DNA of 64,000 bases from Paraspadella gotoi. Lineage: Eukaryota > Animalia > Chaetognatha. Of the stretch, positions 46,372-60,780 are shown piece after piece. The notes below the pieces were generated by a model that saw only the letters and a program-made list of their open reading frames with translations, had not been told where the DNA came from and ran no database searches. The stretch is from positions 5,693,992 through 5,757,991 of the forward strand of contig CM119267.1 in assembly GCA_051294375.1 (NCBI GenBank), read 5' to 3'. Numbering within the stretch: the stretch's first letter is position 1; every line of letters begins with the position of its first letter. The position numbers and the translations under genes are program-made.

Positions 46372-47833
46372 TAAATTTCATGAAAAAAATAAAAAATTAA
46401 TAGTACCAATAGTTAGTGTTATGTCTCGAATAGATGGAAAAAAAACCTCGTTTAAAAATTCGATCGGAAGTGGGGTAACTAAGGCTTACCAATGGCATCC
46501 TCCACGCCATCATTCTCTCAAATAATTTTTATTTTAATACATTTGAAAGGGAAAAAAAGAAAATTCAGAATGCAGGTTGCAGAAGGGTACAGAAAATCTG
46601 GACATACTGACATGATATCATGACCTTTTATGTCTTGTGAAATGGGCAGTAAAGAAACTTAAAAAATTCGATCATTAAGTCAGTCAATGAACCCTTTCCA
46701 ATGGGCTATTCCGCGAATTTTTTTTCATAATTAAAACGGATGATAGTAATAGAAATTAAAATTCCTTGTATAAAGGTTGTTATATTTAAAAGAAAATTAT
46801 CAATACAAATAAACACAATGATGTCTTGCTTTGTCAATATGTCGCCAGATATGTAATTTTTTAAAAAATTTTTATGATAAACAAGCAGCGCGTGTCAAGC
46901 TTTTTGTTTGCAGTTGAAGATAATGAAAAATGACAATTTTTTTTCACAGACAAGAAGGTTGACGTCCAGACTGTTTATATCAATCTGAAAAATTTTTGTA
47001 TTTATCATTTTTCATATTTAAAAAAAATTTTATCCAGCTACTTCAGAAATTTTTGCTTGTTTTTTACTTTAATTTAAAAAATACAAGCAAATTTATAGGG
47101 TAGAGAAAATTTAATGGTCATCAAAAATTTGTAATTAGTCTTTCCTTTTTCAAATTACGAAAGAAGAAAAAAAAATTCACATGCCTTCCATGAAATTTTT
47201 AATGCAAAAAACTGTTATACTTTTAACTCCGATTTAAATCAAAGCTGTGTAAAAATTTATGGATAAAATTTAATAAAACTATTTAAGAGAGGTGTCCTAT
47301 GATTAGGGCTTTAATTTAATACCTCACCCACATTCCTACCTCTTTTCTTTGCAAAGTTATTCAAGAAAATAACTTTTTTACCTTTAGAGAACTAAGGATT
47401 TGAACTACGCAGTACAAATCTTTGTTAAATAAAAATTTCGGCAAAGCGGGAGTATCTCAATTTATCCTATTGGTACAATACCTAAATTTTAAAATAAAAC
47501 CTAAAGAAAAATTTTCCTTCCTCTAGAGACATATCACTTTCAGGTGTACCCATCGTCTTACACAATTATGGATTATGCTGGAAGAAATCGGCAAAACGTT
47601 TTCTCTTTTTTTTAAATAGTTTGTACTAGCGCGTCAGAAATCTAAGAAGAAACTCGAAAATTTTATTCTGACAAATTTTGCCTTTCAAGGCTGACGTTTA
47701 TGACTATATCTCGGAAACCATTGTAGGAATTTAAAAACGGTTTTTTGCAAGTGAATATTGATATCATCCTCCAAGGACCGGCATAAAAATATATAAAAAA
47801 ATAAACTAATATTGGCTCTCGAGTGAGGTATCT
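46372..47833. mobile_element. Second, inverted copy of the 16081 DNA transposon, truncated at one end and lacking the nested insert
   Basis: Reverse complement of ~16081-17985, e.g. ggctctcgagtgaggtatct ending at 47833 and ggggtaactaaggcttaccaatg at ~46472. It lacks 16386-16751 and about the last 100 bp. Confidence 0.85.
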
Positions 47834-48659
47834 AAGATAAGGAAGTATTCACCGGAAATTTGGTTTCTCTAACGCCTTCGGAATGAAGCCTTTACGTACT
47901 AGTTATAATATATATATATAACGAGATATAAGGAAAGAAAATATTTCGAAAAAAAAGTCGATGAAAGGAAAGAAAGAAAAAAAAAAGGAAGTAAAGTCCA
48001 ACGGAAGGAACTTCGATAGATAAACATTAAGGCCGGCGGTCGATATCAAAAAGAAAAAGTCCCGAGGTCAGACTCGTTGTCCCGAGTTATGCCCCATTAT
48101 TCCTGACCTTTTTTTTTTATCCTTTTGTTTTGGATTTTGAGTCCGAAGCTGAGAAAAAAAGGAGGAAATAGGAAAGGAGAGAGAGGAAAAAGGAAGGAAG
48201 ATTGGGGGAATAAATTTGCATTTAGGAATGGAATGGAAAGGAGAGGAAAGGAAAGGAAAGGAGAGGAAAGGAAAATCAGGCTCATATAAGTGTTTGTAGG
48301 GTTGCTTCTTTGTGACGTAGTCGTCGCGCGTCGTCGTGTCGTCGTCGTCGATCGTCGTCGTCCTCACGGCTGTTTTCATGATATAAAACGTACTACGCCT
48401 TTTTATAGGTTCTGGCTACTGTGGACTTAACCGTTTTTTTTAAAATAAAATTATTATGAACTTAATGACTAAAGACTTTTACACGAAAGTGTGCGATTGC
48501 ATAAGTAAGTTAAAAAGTTTTAGAATATGGCTTTTCATCTTGAAAATAGCTGTGATATTATTCATAGTACATTGGATTTAAGTATTTTTTGTTTGAATTT
48601 CCACTTCATTATGATTACTGCAATATGCAAATCTGAGATTAAGTACCGCCTTATAATAT

Positions 48660-49576
48660 CCAAATCATCGCATCAATTATTGGTTATCATCGCGTCAATA
48701 TTTTGGTTATCATCGCATCAATATTTGGTTATCATCGCATCAATATTTGGTTACTATCGAAAGCGGCTCGATCTTTATGCTTTTAAGATTTTTTTTATCG
48801 AGTCAATCGTCGTTAGTTGACAAACGTAATTTCGTCTTTTACTCTTGATGTAAACTGATGAATTTCTTTTTTTTTCTACATAGTTTATTTTTTCTTATCT
48901 TTTGTTCTTAATTCCTTTCATTTATGTTGTTTTAATTTTCATTTCTCTTCCGCTTATCCCTTTTTGAGTTTTTTTTTGTCTTTAACTTTCTTTTTATTAT
49001 ATAGGCTATGCTGCTTTCCTTTCCTTTCCCTTACTTTTCTTTTCTCTCCTCTCTTTTCCTCTCCTTTCATCTCCTTTCCTTTTCTTTCTTTTCTTTCTCT
49101 CCTCTCCTTCCTTTTCTTTCCTCTCCTTTCCTTTCCTTCCTTTCCTTTCCTTCCTTTCCTTTCCTTTCCTTTCCTTTCCTTTCCTTTCCTCTCCTTTCCT
49201 TANNNNNNNNNNNNNNNNNNNNNNNNNCAAAAAACTTTTATTATCGCCATTTATTTCCGAGATTTTCGTGGATTTTTTCCTTCTAAAAACTTTTATTATC
49301 GCCATTTATTATTTTATCTCAATACAAAATCCCAAAATACAATAACTTACTTAACCTAGATTTCGTGGTCGTTGCGGAGCAACAAGTAAACAATGTCGAG
49401 GAACATGACCTAATAACGCCGTTACGTGTATAAAAAAAAATCAACATAGACCCAATTTCACGACGCCGTTGGAGGATATAAACGAGAGTGACCTTAATAA
49501 TTGCGTCTCGTTGGTGGGAAAACTCTCTCTCTCGTCTCTCTTTCTCTCTCTCTTTCTCTCTTCTCCTCTCTCTTCT

Positions 49577-49617
<41 letters not shown>

Positions 49618-49784
49618 CTCTAAAAACTTTTATTATCGCCATTTATTCCGCGCTTTTTTTCTCAATACAAAATCACAAATTTACATCCGAGATTTTCGTG
49701 GATTTTTTTTCTAAAAATTTCTGATTATTCTTTATATAAACGAGAGAGACCTAATAATGCGTTTCGTTGGCGGGAAAACTGTCC

Positions 49785-49829
<45 letters not shown>

Positions 49830-50540
49830 ACTCATACACGCATTGTTTGTTTTATTTACGATGAATGATTCAGCGCCGTCAATGAATCACTATCATCGCA
49901 TCAATGAATGACTATCATCGTATCAATGAATGATTATCATCATATCAATGAATGACTATTCATTCGCATTCAATCATTTGATTATCATCACATCAGTCAT
50001 TTTGTATCATCGCATCAATTATTGGTTATCATCGCGTCAATATTTGTTATTCATCGCATCAATTATGGTTATCATCGCATCAATATTGTTGACTATCGAA
50101 AGCGGCTCGATCTTTATGCTTTTAGATTTTTTTTATCGAGTCAATCGTCGTTAGTTGACAAACGTAATTTCGTCTTTTACTCTTGATGTAAACTGATGAA
50201 TTTCTTTTTTTTTTCTACATAGTTTATTTTATTCTTATCTTTTGTTCTTAATTCCTTTCATTTATGTTGTTTTAATTTTCATTTCTCTTCCGCTTATCCC
50301 TTTTTGAGTTTTTTTTTGTCTTTAACTTTTTTTTATTATATAGGCTATGCTGCTTTCCTTTCCTTTCCCTTACTTTTCTTTTCTCTCCTCTCTTTTCCTC
50401 TCCTTTCATCTCCTTTCCTTTTCTTTTCTTTTCTTTTCTTCTCCTCTCCTTTCCTTTTCTTTCCTCTCCTTTCCTTCCTTCCTTTCCTTTTCCTTCCTTT
50501 CCTTTCCTTTCCTTTCCTTTCCTCTTTCCTTTCCATTTCC
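48660..50540. repeat. Direct duplication (48660-49200 / ~50000-50540) across a gap, including a ~22-bp atcatcgcatcaatatttggtt minisatellite
   Basis: actatcgaaagcggctcgatctttatgc...ggctatgctgctttcc occurs twice, ~1.33 kb apart. Minisatellite arrays at 48660-48755 and ~49880-50095. Confidence 0.85.
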
Positions 50541-52775
50541 CTGACCCGGCTTCGCCGGTCAAGGCTCGATAAAAAACACATCTAGGTACATTTTCGCAAA
50601 TTTAGTCAACGTTGTTGTCGAAAACTGCGGCGCTGAAACTAAGTACATACGACATAGGCCGTAATACGCAGCGCCAAACACATTGCTCTCTCCCCCGCCA
50701 ACTACACGAACGGCTCTAACGACAACACCATTAGCCCAAAACAACACCATCGACGAAATCAAATAACACCATCAACAGCGCAAACAACATCACCGAGACA
50801 TTGCGAANNNNNNNNNNTTTTTATTTCTGCTCCACAACTTCCGAAATTGAAGGAAAACAAAGTTTGGCGTAAATAGATCCGCAGTCGCTGCGTCGGACGG
50901 CGTCTGCTGCATTTCTGAGAAAAGCCCGATGCACATGGGGACCCCGGACTCTCTGTTTAAAGTAGGGGACGTTAAAGCGGCATTTCTGTCGGTTTTGACT
51001 CGGGTGGTCCACATGGAAAAAAATATTGCGAATTTTAAACCTTTTGAGACCTGCGAAGACAAACCATAGGAGTAATGTCAGGTTAGCGGCATGTACGACG
51101 TACATTGTACATTGTACAAGGTACATACTATAGAGATCGAGTGGCAGCAACCCTAAACCTTGCCCCAGTCGTTTGATTTAACAAAAGAGACGAATTTAAT
51201 TTGTTCAAATTTTCAAAATTTTCAAAACGGCTTTGCTGACGACATGGAAATTTCTACTGTTCCTGTAGTGTTAGCAGAAACATAAAGGATTGTCGACGGC
51301 ATAAAATGTGGTCTGTTGACGGTATTATCACTACCGTCGCGGTTGTTTGACAGCATTATCAGATACCCACCATGGTTTGTTGACGGCGTCCCGGGAGTTC
51401 GTCAAGGTCTCCGCTGGGAGACGCTCTTTTTCTCGCTTCACGTTTTCGACGCCATTTTTTTTCGCCGCCATCTTTGGGTGAAAAGGAGAAACAGAATTTT
51501 TTATAAGTTTACATTTCAACGATCGATTAACTTTTAATAAAGTGAAGTTCTCATAAGTTGAAGATGTCATAAAATTAAAGATTTTAAATATATCCATTAC
51601 TTAAATTTAAATACTTAAATAAAATATATATGTAAGTTTAACTCTTTCCAAGTTGTCACATGCACTAAGATTAAATTTATATGTTCAATTGTTCATTATG
51701 AAGGTGGAAAGTGCAGGAAACAGAAAAAACGATTTCTTCTACGATATATATTTCGACTTAAGAAACTACTGTACAATGGCAAAACATTTTTTTTTGTTTT
51801 CCTCAAGCTCCAGAATAGATATATAAATTCATATTACATATTTTTAACTTTCTAATTCTAGACACTAGAATCAATCCACCAACTTTCATATAGAAGTTTG
51901 ATAAGTTTTAAAACCATGAACTTTCAAAAATGTTTTGAAAAACTTAATGTTTACTTTTTCATCACGAATTTTTACACCTCGACGGATCTTTTGTTTTTTG
52001 TTGTTTTTTTTTCGCCCTCTGACGACTGATTTTCCCTCGGGAACAGATTTCGTCTGCTACGGAAAAAAAAGTTTATTTTTCCCGATGGCGACGGTTTTGA
52101 AGAAAGAATCCGGACTTGGAGGAAGATTTATACGTAAGTCGCTGTAACTTAAATAAACTTTATAATTTTAGATTATTATAACATCAGTTGACGTTCATTG
52201 AGCTGCATGAAATCGCGGGACAAAAATACGACGACGACATCGACGACGACGACGACGATAAGAAATTAATTAAATATTCATTGCTGCGTTATTAATCAAT
52301 GGAATTAATTAAGTTGATTAACTGCCGCACGGGACCTCGGTGACGATTTAATTAACTTCAATTCAATCCTTCAATAGAACGAAATATGACCCTGTTGCTA
52401 AATGTATTAATCCAATTCTTTACATAAGCAAACGTTGAATTTGAACAATTAATAACCAAATTAAAACATTCCCTCACCCAATCAGATTGCTCCTCAGGCA
52501 TACGGTAGGTGGCGTTCCATATCCACCGACGCCTCCCCCCCCCAACATCTCGCGCCCATTCCACGCGGCCGTCAGGCATTCGCTTTAAAAAAAAAGCAAT
52601 AAATATTAATTCGTGTTAAAAAAAAAAATTAAAAAAACTTCTTTTTTATAATTTTACTTTTTTTTAACAAGAAAAAAAATGTTCTGTACTTAATTTCCTT
52701 GGAAAGAAAATTTTCTATTCCGCTTTACGATGGCTGCGACCTTCTTGGAATGGCTTATTGATGTTGATGATGCTG

Positions 52776-52868
<93 letters not shown>

Positions 52869-53134
52869 GATGATTTTATATTAAACTCATAATAATCCAC
52901 GCTCTCGACAACAACAGAAGACAAAGGCTGCGGCGGCTGCGGCGGCTGTGGCGGCTGCGGCGGCGACGACGACGACGACCACAAAGACGACAAAGCAATA
53001 TATTCGCGTTTGTTATTGTTTTTGTTATTTTGTTTTTTTCTTGCGGGGAAATTCCTTCTCGAGAAGCAGTCGGAATTAATTATTTGCTATTGAATGTTAA
53101 CCCAGTCGTTGCAGTTTTTTACGTTCTCTCGCTT

Positions 53135-53190
53135 TGCCCAATGCCCAATGCCCAATGCCCAATGCCCAATGCCCAATGCCCAATGCCTAA
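53135..53190. repeat. Heptamer microsatellite (TGCCCAA)7-8
   Basis: Read directly from the sequence. Confidence 0.95.
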
Positions 53191-53788
53191 TTCTCACTCA
53201 CAATGGGCTACTATTTAACTGCAGGGATTGAGTCCGTGGAAGAAGAGAGATAGCGAGCTGGACGAATGGGTTTATTGGATAGGAGTATATTTTGGTATTG
53301 TTCCAAGTTGTTAATTAATTAATGTTAATTCACACACTATAAATTATATTTTTCTTTCAATTGAGCTTTGACATTAACATTAACATTGACGTCCGTGGAA
53401 ACTATTACTTGACGGGACATGCCACATGCCTTTGCGAGTATTAATCTCGTTAATTATCCATTTAGCAAATTAACAAAAAGTAAAATACATAAAAGACGCT
53501 CGAGTCAAGATGAACCGAGCTCGATTGAGAATCCGACTCGTCACGTCGTAAATTCCGAATTTTGTTTTTCTTTTCCGACCGACAGAGGTCCCCGGCGGAC
53601 ATTTTCTTTTTTTATTTCCCTTTTTTTTTAAATTTATGTTTATTTATTTCTCGTTGTTTTTATCGCGAGTCGTTGACAAAATTGACGTCGTCTTTTCTCC
53701 TTTTAGACTCTCCTTTTATTTCTTCATAAAAAAAAGGAATTAATTCACGGGAGAAAAAAAATCGCCATTCGTGTTAACGGCCTCAAAA

Positions 53789-53789
<1 letters not shown>

Positions 53790-53832
<43 letters not shown>

Positions 53833-53910
53833 GCGGCAGCGGCGGCAGCGGCGGCGGCAACGGCGGCGGCAGCGGCGGCAGCGGCGGCAGCGGCGGCAGC
53901 GGCGGCGGCG
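53790..53910. repeat. (GCG/GCA)n trinucleotide tract
   Basis: About 40 GCN triplets; poly-Ala in ORF 53788..54297. Confidence 0.95.
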
Positions 53911-55848
53911 ACTGCCTTGGAGAACAGCAAGGACATAAAGGCGATAGGGAACAATGATTTTTCAAAAATGCTCAGAGCGACAAAGATGATGATGACGACG
54001 AAAGACGACGACGACGACGGAAACGACGGCGGCGGCGGCGACCAGGAAATGTATATCAGCGCTTTTAACGATAACAGTGCAAACGACGACGACGACGACG
54101 ACGACGTCACATCCTCTTACTTCGCTTCCACCCTTCAAACTTCCATCAAGATCTCAAGGATCTTCGCCAGAGAGAGAGAGAGAGAGAGAAAGAAAGACCG
54201 AGAAGAGAAGAGAGGAGAAAAGAAGAGAGGAAGAGAAAGAGAAGAAAGAGAGAGAGAGAATCAGATTTATATGGAGAGTGATCAGAAAAAAATATGAAAA
54301 GGAGGTTTATCTTTCGGTTTATGACGATTCGCATATTAGAGATACGAGAATATAGGTGCTTAGAGGGTTCCCGTGATGCAGCAAGGTCCGACAGGCGTCG
54401 ATTGAAGGGAGGGGCGAGAACAGGTATGGCGGGACGAGGAGCAGAAGTTTGGCGGAGCGAACGAGCGGCGCCGCAGTGGGCGTGTCCCGCCCAGGGCTTC
54501 GGAGTGGCGCCAGGAGACGCGGCGCCGAGAGACCTTGGGTCATCGCGTCTTGATCTCGGGGGGGAGGGAAGAGAATCATTGGAAAACTTGAAGATGGTGG
54601 TTTGGTTGGGGGGGTGAGGAACATTTGGGAGGGGTAGGCGCAGGAAGGGGTGGGCGTTGGGAAGTGGTTTAAAATCGGGTGATGGATGGCATCGGGGATG
54701 AAGGTGATGATCGAGGGGGGGCGATGAGTGGACTTGAAACGGATGTGGCAAGAGATGAGCGATGTGCAATATTATTTGGTCAAGTTGACCCCGAAAGGGA
54801 TTGATTCAATTTTAGAAATAATCGCTAAACTATACAAAACTATACAAAATTCGTCATTGGAATTTATGATAAATTATAAATAGAGAACAATTTTAAATTT
54901 GTATTTATTCAAAAGCGATTTCCGTTCAATTACTTCTCGTTACATTTCGACTCAAATCTTCAGCGTTTTTGCCACAATCTCGATTTTCAAATCGTCGGCG
55001 AAAACGATTATGGATTTGGCAAACCTCACCCTGTCTCTTCACAACGCTGATGGTGTGAAGTTGTGAACGACCATGACGACGATGACGGCGACAATAACGA
55101 CGACGATAATTTTGTTAAGAATGTAGAATATAGAAAAAAAAAGAATGCGATATTTAAAAGTAAAGAATGATGAATGTAGAAAATAATGCGAAATTTATAA
55201 ACAAAGAATTTAGAAAGAAAAGAAACTCACAATGTAAAAGTAAACAATACAGAATGTTGAAAAGAAAGAATGAAAAAGTATAGAATAAAGAAAGTGCAGA
55301 ATGAGGAATGCAAACTTTTTTTTCTAGGTTTTCTTTTTGATCTTCTTCCTCTTTCTCAAATCTCAACTTATTTTATTTCATTAACTTCTTCTTCTTCTTC
55401 CGCCTCAAGAGGAAGAGAGAAAAAATCGGGCGAAACGTGAACTCAGTAAAAGAGGGGGGGGTGGGAAATGAGAAGGGAGGCGTAAAGAGGGGGAGGTGGG
55501 AGGGGGGCGTAAAGAGAGAAAAATCGAGACGGAAATAGAAAAAAAAAAAAAATTAAACCAGTAAGATGAGAGGAATGAATGAAAATCGATTATACATGAA
55601 CGAAGCTCGAGTGACCAGAAACACGAGTACAGAAGAAATAAGGAAAGAATCAAAATAAGGAGAAAAAAAAGGAAAATAAGAAAAAAAAGGAAAAAAAGGA
55701 GGCAAGGGATCTGAACGACGTTTTGGGAAGAAGGGAGTCGGTCGGCCGTGAAACCGTTCGGCTTGAAATAACCGTGAATCCCAGTGAATTCGAGGGTTAA
55801 TTTGTTGACTTCGGTGAAGATCGTTTACGTTTAGGTGAAAAGTCGTTT

Positions 55849-55888
<40 letters not shown>

Positions 55889-57092
55889 TTGGCATCGTCT
55901 TCATACGTACAAACGTAAACATCATATTACTCGCGGCAGGTATTCTCCGCAGCACAGGGGGCCTTACAAAAATAAAAACAGTTTTTTTGTTTGTTTGGTT
56001 TTTTGTTTTGTTTTTTTTCCCCCGTTTTCTTTTCAAAAAAAGTTGGACCGTGACGGAGTTTGGCGCCGTCCGCCAGAGTCCGAACTTGTGGCCCAACAAC
56101 CGGACCTTCCTTGCCCCACTTTTACCCTACCTAGATCCTCCTCGCCTCAGAATCTCTTACCCACAAACGATCGATAAGGTCCCAACCTTCGGCCACCAAC
56201 AATTCTTAACCAAACTTCCAATAAACCTTCGTACAACTTTGAGCCAACCAATCCTTTAAAGCAAAACCTACCATTCACCCCTTCATCTTTCAATCTCAGT
56301 TTTAAAACCCCCATCACCCCTCAGCCTGTCCTCTACCCCCCCTTTCACTTCACCCTCCCTTACATGGTAGCGATGGGTTCTCAAAAATCACCCAGTTCGG
56401 GCGACTCGAGCGAAACTGCCAAAGTTGAGACGCGCCAGAGAGAAAAAAAAAAACAGGGAGAGCGTGACTGGGCGTGGCGGTCACGGTCGCTCGTGTGGTC
56501 AGCGCAGCGGGCGCCTTGGACCGCTAGGCGGCGCTGCGGTCGATTTTGCGGCGCCAGAGTCTTTTACTATTCGGGTGCTAATGTACGTTTTTGGGCGCCA
56601 GAGGCCAGTCAAGTACGAAGAACCTTGATCTCTTAGAAACTAATCAGTAGATCGTATGTATGAATGTATGTATGTGTGTATGAATGGATAAAATATTTAA
56701 TTGATATTCGAAATGATTTGTTCTTTTTCTTTATTTTTGGTCCGATAGATGATTGAGACAGAAATTTGTAAGGAAGAAGATTTGAGCGAAGAACCGAAAC
56801 AATTAAGAACTTTTGACTTTTTCTTTTGCATTTTGAATAAGCGAAATCCATTCTCTCCTCTTCTCTTCTCTTCCTTCCTCTTCTCTTCTTCTCCTGCGTC
56901 TAACTTCTTCTCTCTCTACCTTTCTCTCCCTCCCTTCCCCCTCTAACTCCTCTCTCTCTCTCCTCTCTCTTTCTCTCTCTCCTTCTCTCTCTCCTCCTCC
57001 TCTCTCTCCTCTCTCCTCCTTCCTCTCTCCTCTCTCTCTCTCTCTCTCTCTCCCCTCTCTCTCTCTCTCTCTCTCTCTCTTGCGTCCTCCTC

Positions 57093-57129
<37 letters not shown>

Positions 57130-60100
57130 CTCTCTCTCATCTCGTGCGGTCGTCGCTGTCGTGCTACGGAAAGGCGGGGGGGGGTTAATCCGCGCCCAAG
57201 CTTAATCGTAGCGCGCAACTAGAGATCCCGGTGGCGAAAGAAGAGCGCCAACGCCGAAAAAGCGTGCGGGTGTTGATGGGCTCACCGCCCTCCCGCCAAC
57301 CAACTTTCGTAAAAGGTCGACGGAAAGAGAAAAAGAAACTCGAGGAAAAATTGTAAACTTTTTTCNNNNNNNNNNNNNNNNNNNNNNNNNNNNNNNNNNN
57401 NNNNNNNNNNNNNNNNNNNNNNNNNNNNNNNNNNNNNNNNNNNNNNNNNNNNNNNNNNNNNNNNNNNNNNNNNNNNNNNNNNNNNNNNNNNNNNNNNNNN
57501 NNNNNNNNNNNNNNNNNNNNNNNNNNNNNNNNNNNNNNNNNNNNNNNNNNNNNNNNNNNNNNNNNNNNNNNNNNNNNNNNNNNNNNNNNNNNNNNNNNNN
57601 NTTGTAGTTATTTATTGTTTGTTGTCGTTGTTGTTGTCGTTGTCCTCGTTTCGCCTATTCTTGTCAAAACGATTTTTTATGCAAACACAGTTCCATTCCG
57701 AGACGGCGAGAGAAGGAAACGCATGAAAACAAATAAAAAATCAAAGTTTCTCCCTTTTCACCCACTTTTTCCTTTCTTCCTTTCTTCCTTTCTTTCCTTT
57801 CTTCCTTTCTTCCTTTTCTTTCCCCGTTTTGGCCATGTCCCCATTTTGTTTTTCTTTGCACATATTTTTGTGATTACCCCATTCTCGCATTTTCTTAACC
57901 TCCCAAATTAGAACCTAATAGGAAACTAAACGAAACTAAAAGAAAGCATATACAATTATTAAATTGTCTCTAAAAAAAACCTTATTACTCCCAATTAAAT
58001 ATCCAACTAAACCCNNNNNNNNNNNNNNNNNNNNNNNNNNNNNNNNNNNNNNNNNNNNNNNNNNNNNNNNNNNNNNNNNNNNNNNNNNNNNNNNNNNNNN
58101 NNNNGAGGAGAGGGAAGGGAGAAGAACCGCAGAGAGCAGAGAGAGAGAGAGAGAGAGAAGACGGTGGCGCCCGGGATCGCAAGGCCTCAACTTCGAAAAT
58201 ACTAGTACTTTTCGGGTGTGGAAGAGACGTTTACCGAAGCTCCTTATTTTTCTTTCTCCTAACTTCGGTGCCTTTTTGTCCTGTTCCTTTTTTATCTTTT
58301 TCCCCCCCTCACTTTTTTTTTAAAATTCGTCCTTTTTTATCCGACACAAAAAAAACCCTGGCATCCAGTATCGGTCTTTCCCATTCGCTTCTATACTCTA
58401 TTTCTCTTTCCTTTTTCCTTTCCTTTCTTTTCCTTTTTTCTTTATCCTCTCCCAGAATTAATCCCCGCTTTCCTTTCGCCTCCTCCGAAGGTCCGCCCGC
58501 TTTTCTTTTTTTTCGGCCTCCGAAATCTTTAATTTCCTTCTTCTTTCCTTTTATCGATTTCCTCCGTTCCTCCTTTTTTTTCTTTTTTCCTCCAGTTTCC
58601 TTCCTCCCTTTTTTTTTCGTCCGTCCAGCCACATCTCACAGTTGATTTTATTTGTTTTCTTTCTTTTTTTTCTTTTGTCTTTTAATCTTTAGCTTTTTCT
58701 CTCTAATGACTTTTCGTTTTACCTTCTCGTGTTTCTCTACCTTAATTTGTTTTTCTTTTTTGTACGTATTTATTGATTTTTCTTCTTATCAGAATATATC
58801 TCCTTTTTGTCTTTCCTGCTCTGAATTTCTTTAAAAACAATTTTAAATCTGGTGAAATTTTAAAACGCCCCCTCATCCATTAAAAACTTGGAAATTTAAC
58901 TCATTTCAAGCGGAGTAATATACCCAATTTTACCCTACCCCCAACTCATATCTCTTTGCCAAAAAGTTCCCAACATTACCCAACCCGAAAAATATTTCTA
59001 CTCGAAAGAAAATATATAAATTTCTACAACATATATATACATACATATATGGACTTAAAGACTTATAGAGCCTCCATTTTTTCGATAAAGGTTGTCAAAA
59101 ACAAACCAAAAAAAAAAATTCTCACTCGAAAAAAACCCTAACCCCAAGACAATCTTCGCCCAAAAAGCCCTTACCCCAAAAGATCCTCACCCAAAAAGCC
59201 CTTACCCCAAAAAAGCTTCACCCTACGAAACCTGTTTCTCCGGAGATAAAATCCCTTCTCTTCTGCGGGCGCGAGATTCCCCAATGCCTCGTCCGATCAT
59301 CCATTCAGCGCCGCCGCCTCCGCCTCCGCCGCCGCCAACGCAACCGTGCCGACGCCGCCGCCGACGCCACCCAAATAAACACGACCCTTTAAAAAAAAAT
59401 AATCATCGTTTCGGCCGAATTAAAAACCTATTACCCGCTACTTTTTTTTTTAATCCTCCTAATTTCCGAGAAATCGCTTTCGCCACCTGCGTAATTTTAA
59501 AAAAAAGTCATACTAATAAGTCTGATTTAGCGATTTAAGTATTAATATTATCATTGATCGAGCCATTAGGCTGAATGTCGTTAAGGTCGAGAGTAACCGT
59601 TAAGAAATACGTACTAAAAATTATTGGATTTTCCGTTTTTTGACAACAAAAAAAGAAAGCATTAAAATTTAATCGTGAAAATTATCTACAGCTGTCCGAA
59701 ATCAAAGTAAGGAAATAGGCAAACTACTATGAAATATCGTTCCTTAAATCGGACGGACGCTCGTAAACAAACTCGGAATTTTGCCAATTTTTTGTTGCCC
59801 TCGCTACATTTCAAATTCTAAATATCTAACGACCAAATATACAAAATTTTCAAAGTCGATTTGTGGATCGAAATTGCCTATTGCCGAACGCCGACCGCAT
59901 TATGCTTTTTGCATCGAAAAATAAAATCAATAAAAAATATTTTAAAGTTACTCTTTATAATAAATAAGGAAAGGATTAGACAAACTGAAATAAAAATGAT
60001 TTCTTTCATATCTCTTATATTCTTTTTTTTTTAAACCTTTCTATTTTCGTTTTAGGCTTTTAGTTGGCAAGATTTTTACAATTTTTAAACTTTGACGACA

Positions 60101-60623
60101 GAATGCGGCGGCTGCGCGGCTGCGCGGCGTCGACAGCTGATGCCGCTGCCGAGACGACCGACTCAGTGGCTTAATGCTATAGCGTAAATGGCGATTTTAG
60201 ACTTAGTGGCAGTAAGCCATAGAAGCGGCGGTGGCAAGGACGCCAGTTAGCGAAGACTGACTTTAAGCCGTTGCTGCGGCGGCAGGCGGCGGCGGCGTCC
60301 GCCGCCTTTCGTGCTTTCCCCTTCAGTTTCACGCTCCAAAAAGTTTCATTGAAACAAAATTTTTCAAGCAACGAAATCTAAAAATTTATCCCTCGGCCAC
60401 CAGTTTCGAGAAACCACCACCACCACCACCACCACCAGCGCTAAAACCACTTAAGCGTTAGACTTAAAAGTACCGCATAGTCTTATCAATTAGATTACCA
60501 ACAATATCAAGCAATACAATTGGATACGAGAAAAAAAATTATCGCCATTGTTTTTACTCTCATCTGTTTCACCCAACTCTTTGTTTCAATCACCAATAAT
60601 CCCGATTTATTCACTAAAATGCT

Positions 60624-60780
60624 CCCAACTCCGCCGCGACAGCACAGGCAGCCCCAACTCCGACACGACAGCAGCAGCAGCCCCAACTCCGCCGCGACTG
60701 CAACAGCAGCCCCAACTCCTCCGCAACAGCAGCAGCAGCCCCAACTCTGCCGCGACAACAGCAGCAGCCCCAACGGCGCC
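60624..60780. repeat. ~29-bp GC-rich tandem repeat (cccaactccgccgcgacNgcagcagcagc), about 5.5 copies
   Basis: Head-to-tail units with no unique spacers. Unit length is not a multiple of 3. Confidence 0.9.

Noticed and set aside
53135-53190. Cyanobacterial STRR-like heptamer suggesting contamination
   Set aside because: It is a short isolated microsatellite embedded in typical host low-complexity DNA, with no bacterial genes nearby.
53788-54297. Poly-Ala/poly-Asp protein resembling a transcription factor
   Set aside because: It is built from trinucleotide and (GA)n repeats with no recognisable domain.
60624-60780. 29-bp repeats as a CRISPR array, or ORF 60520..61125 as a gene
   Set aside because: Units are contiguous with no unique spacers, there are no cas genes, and the context is eukaryotic. 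The 29-bp period shifts frame each unit.
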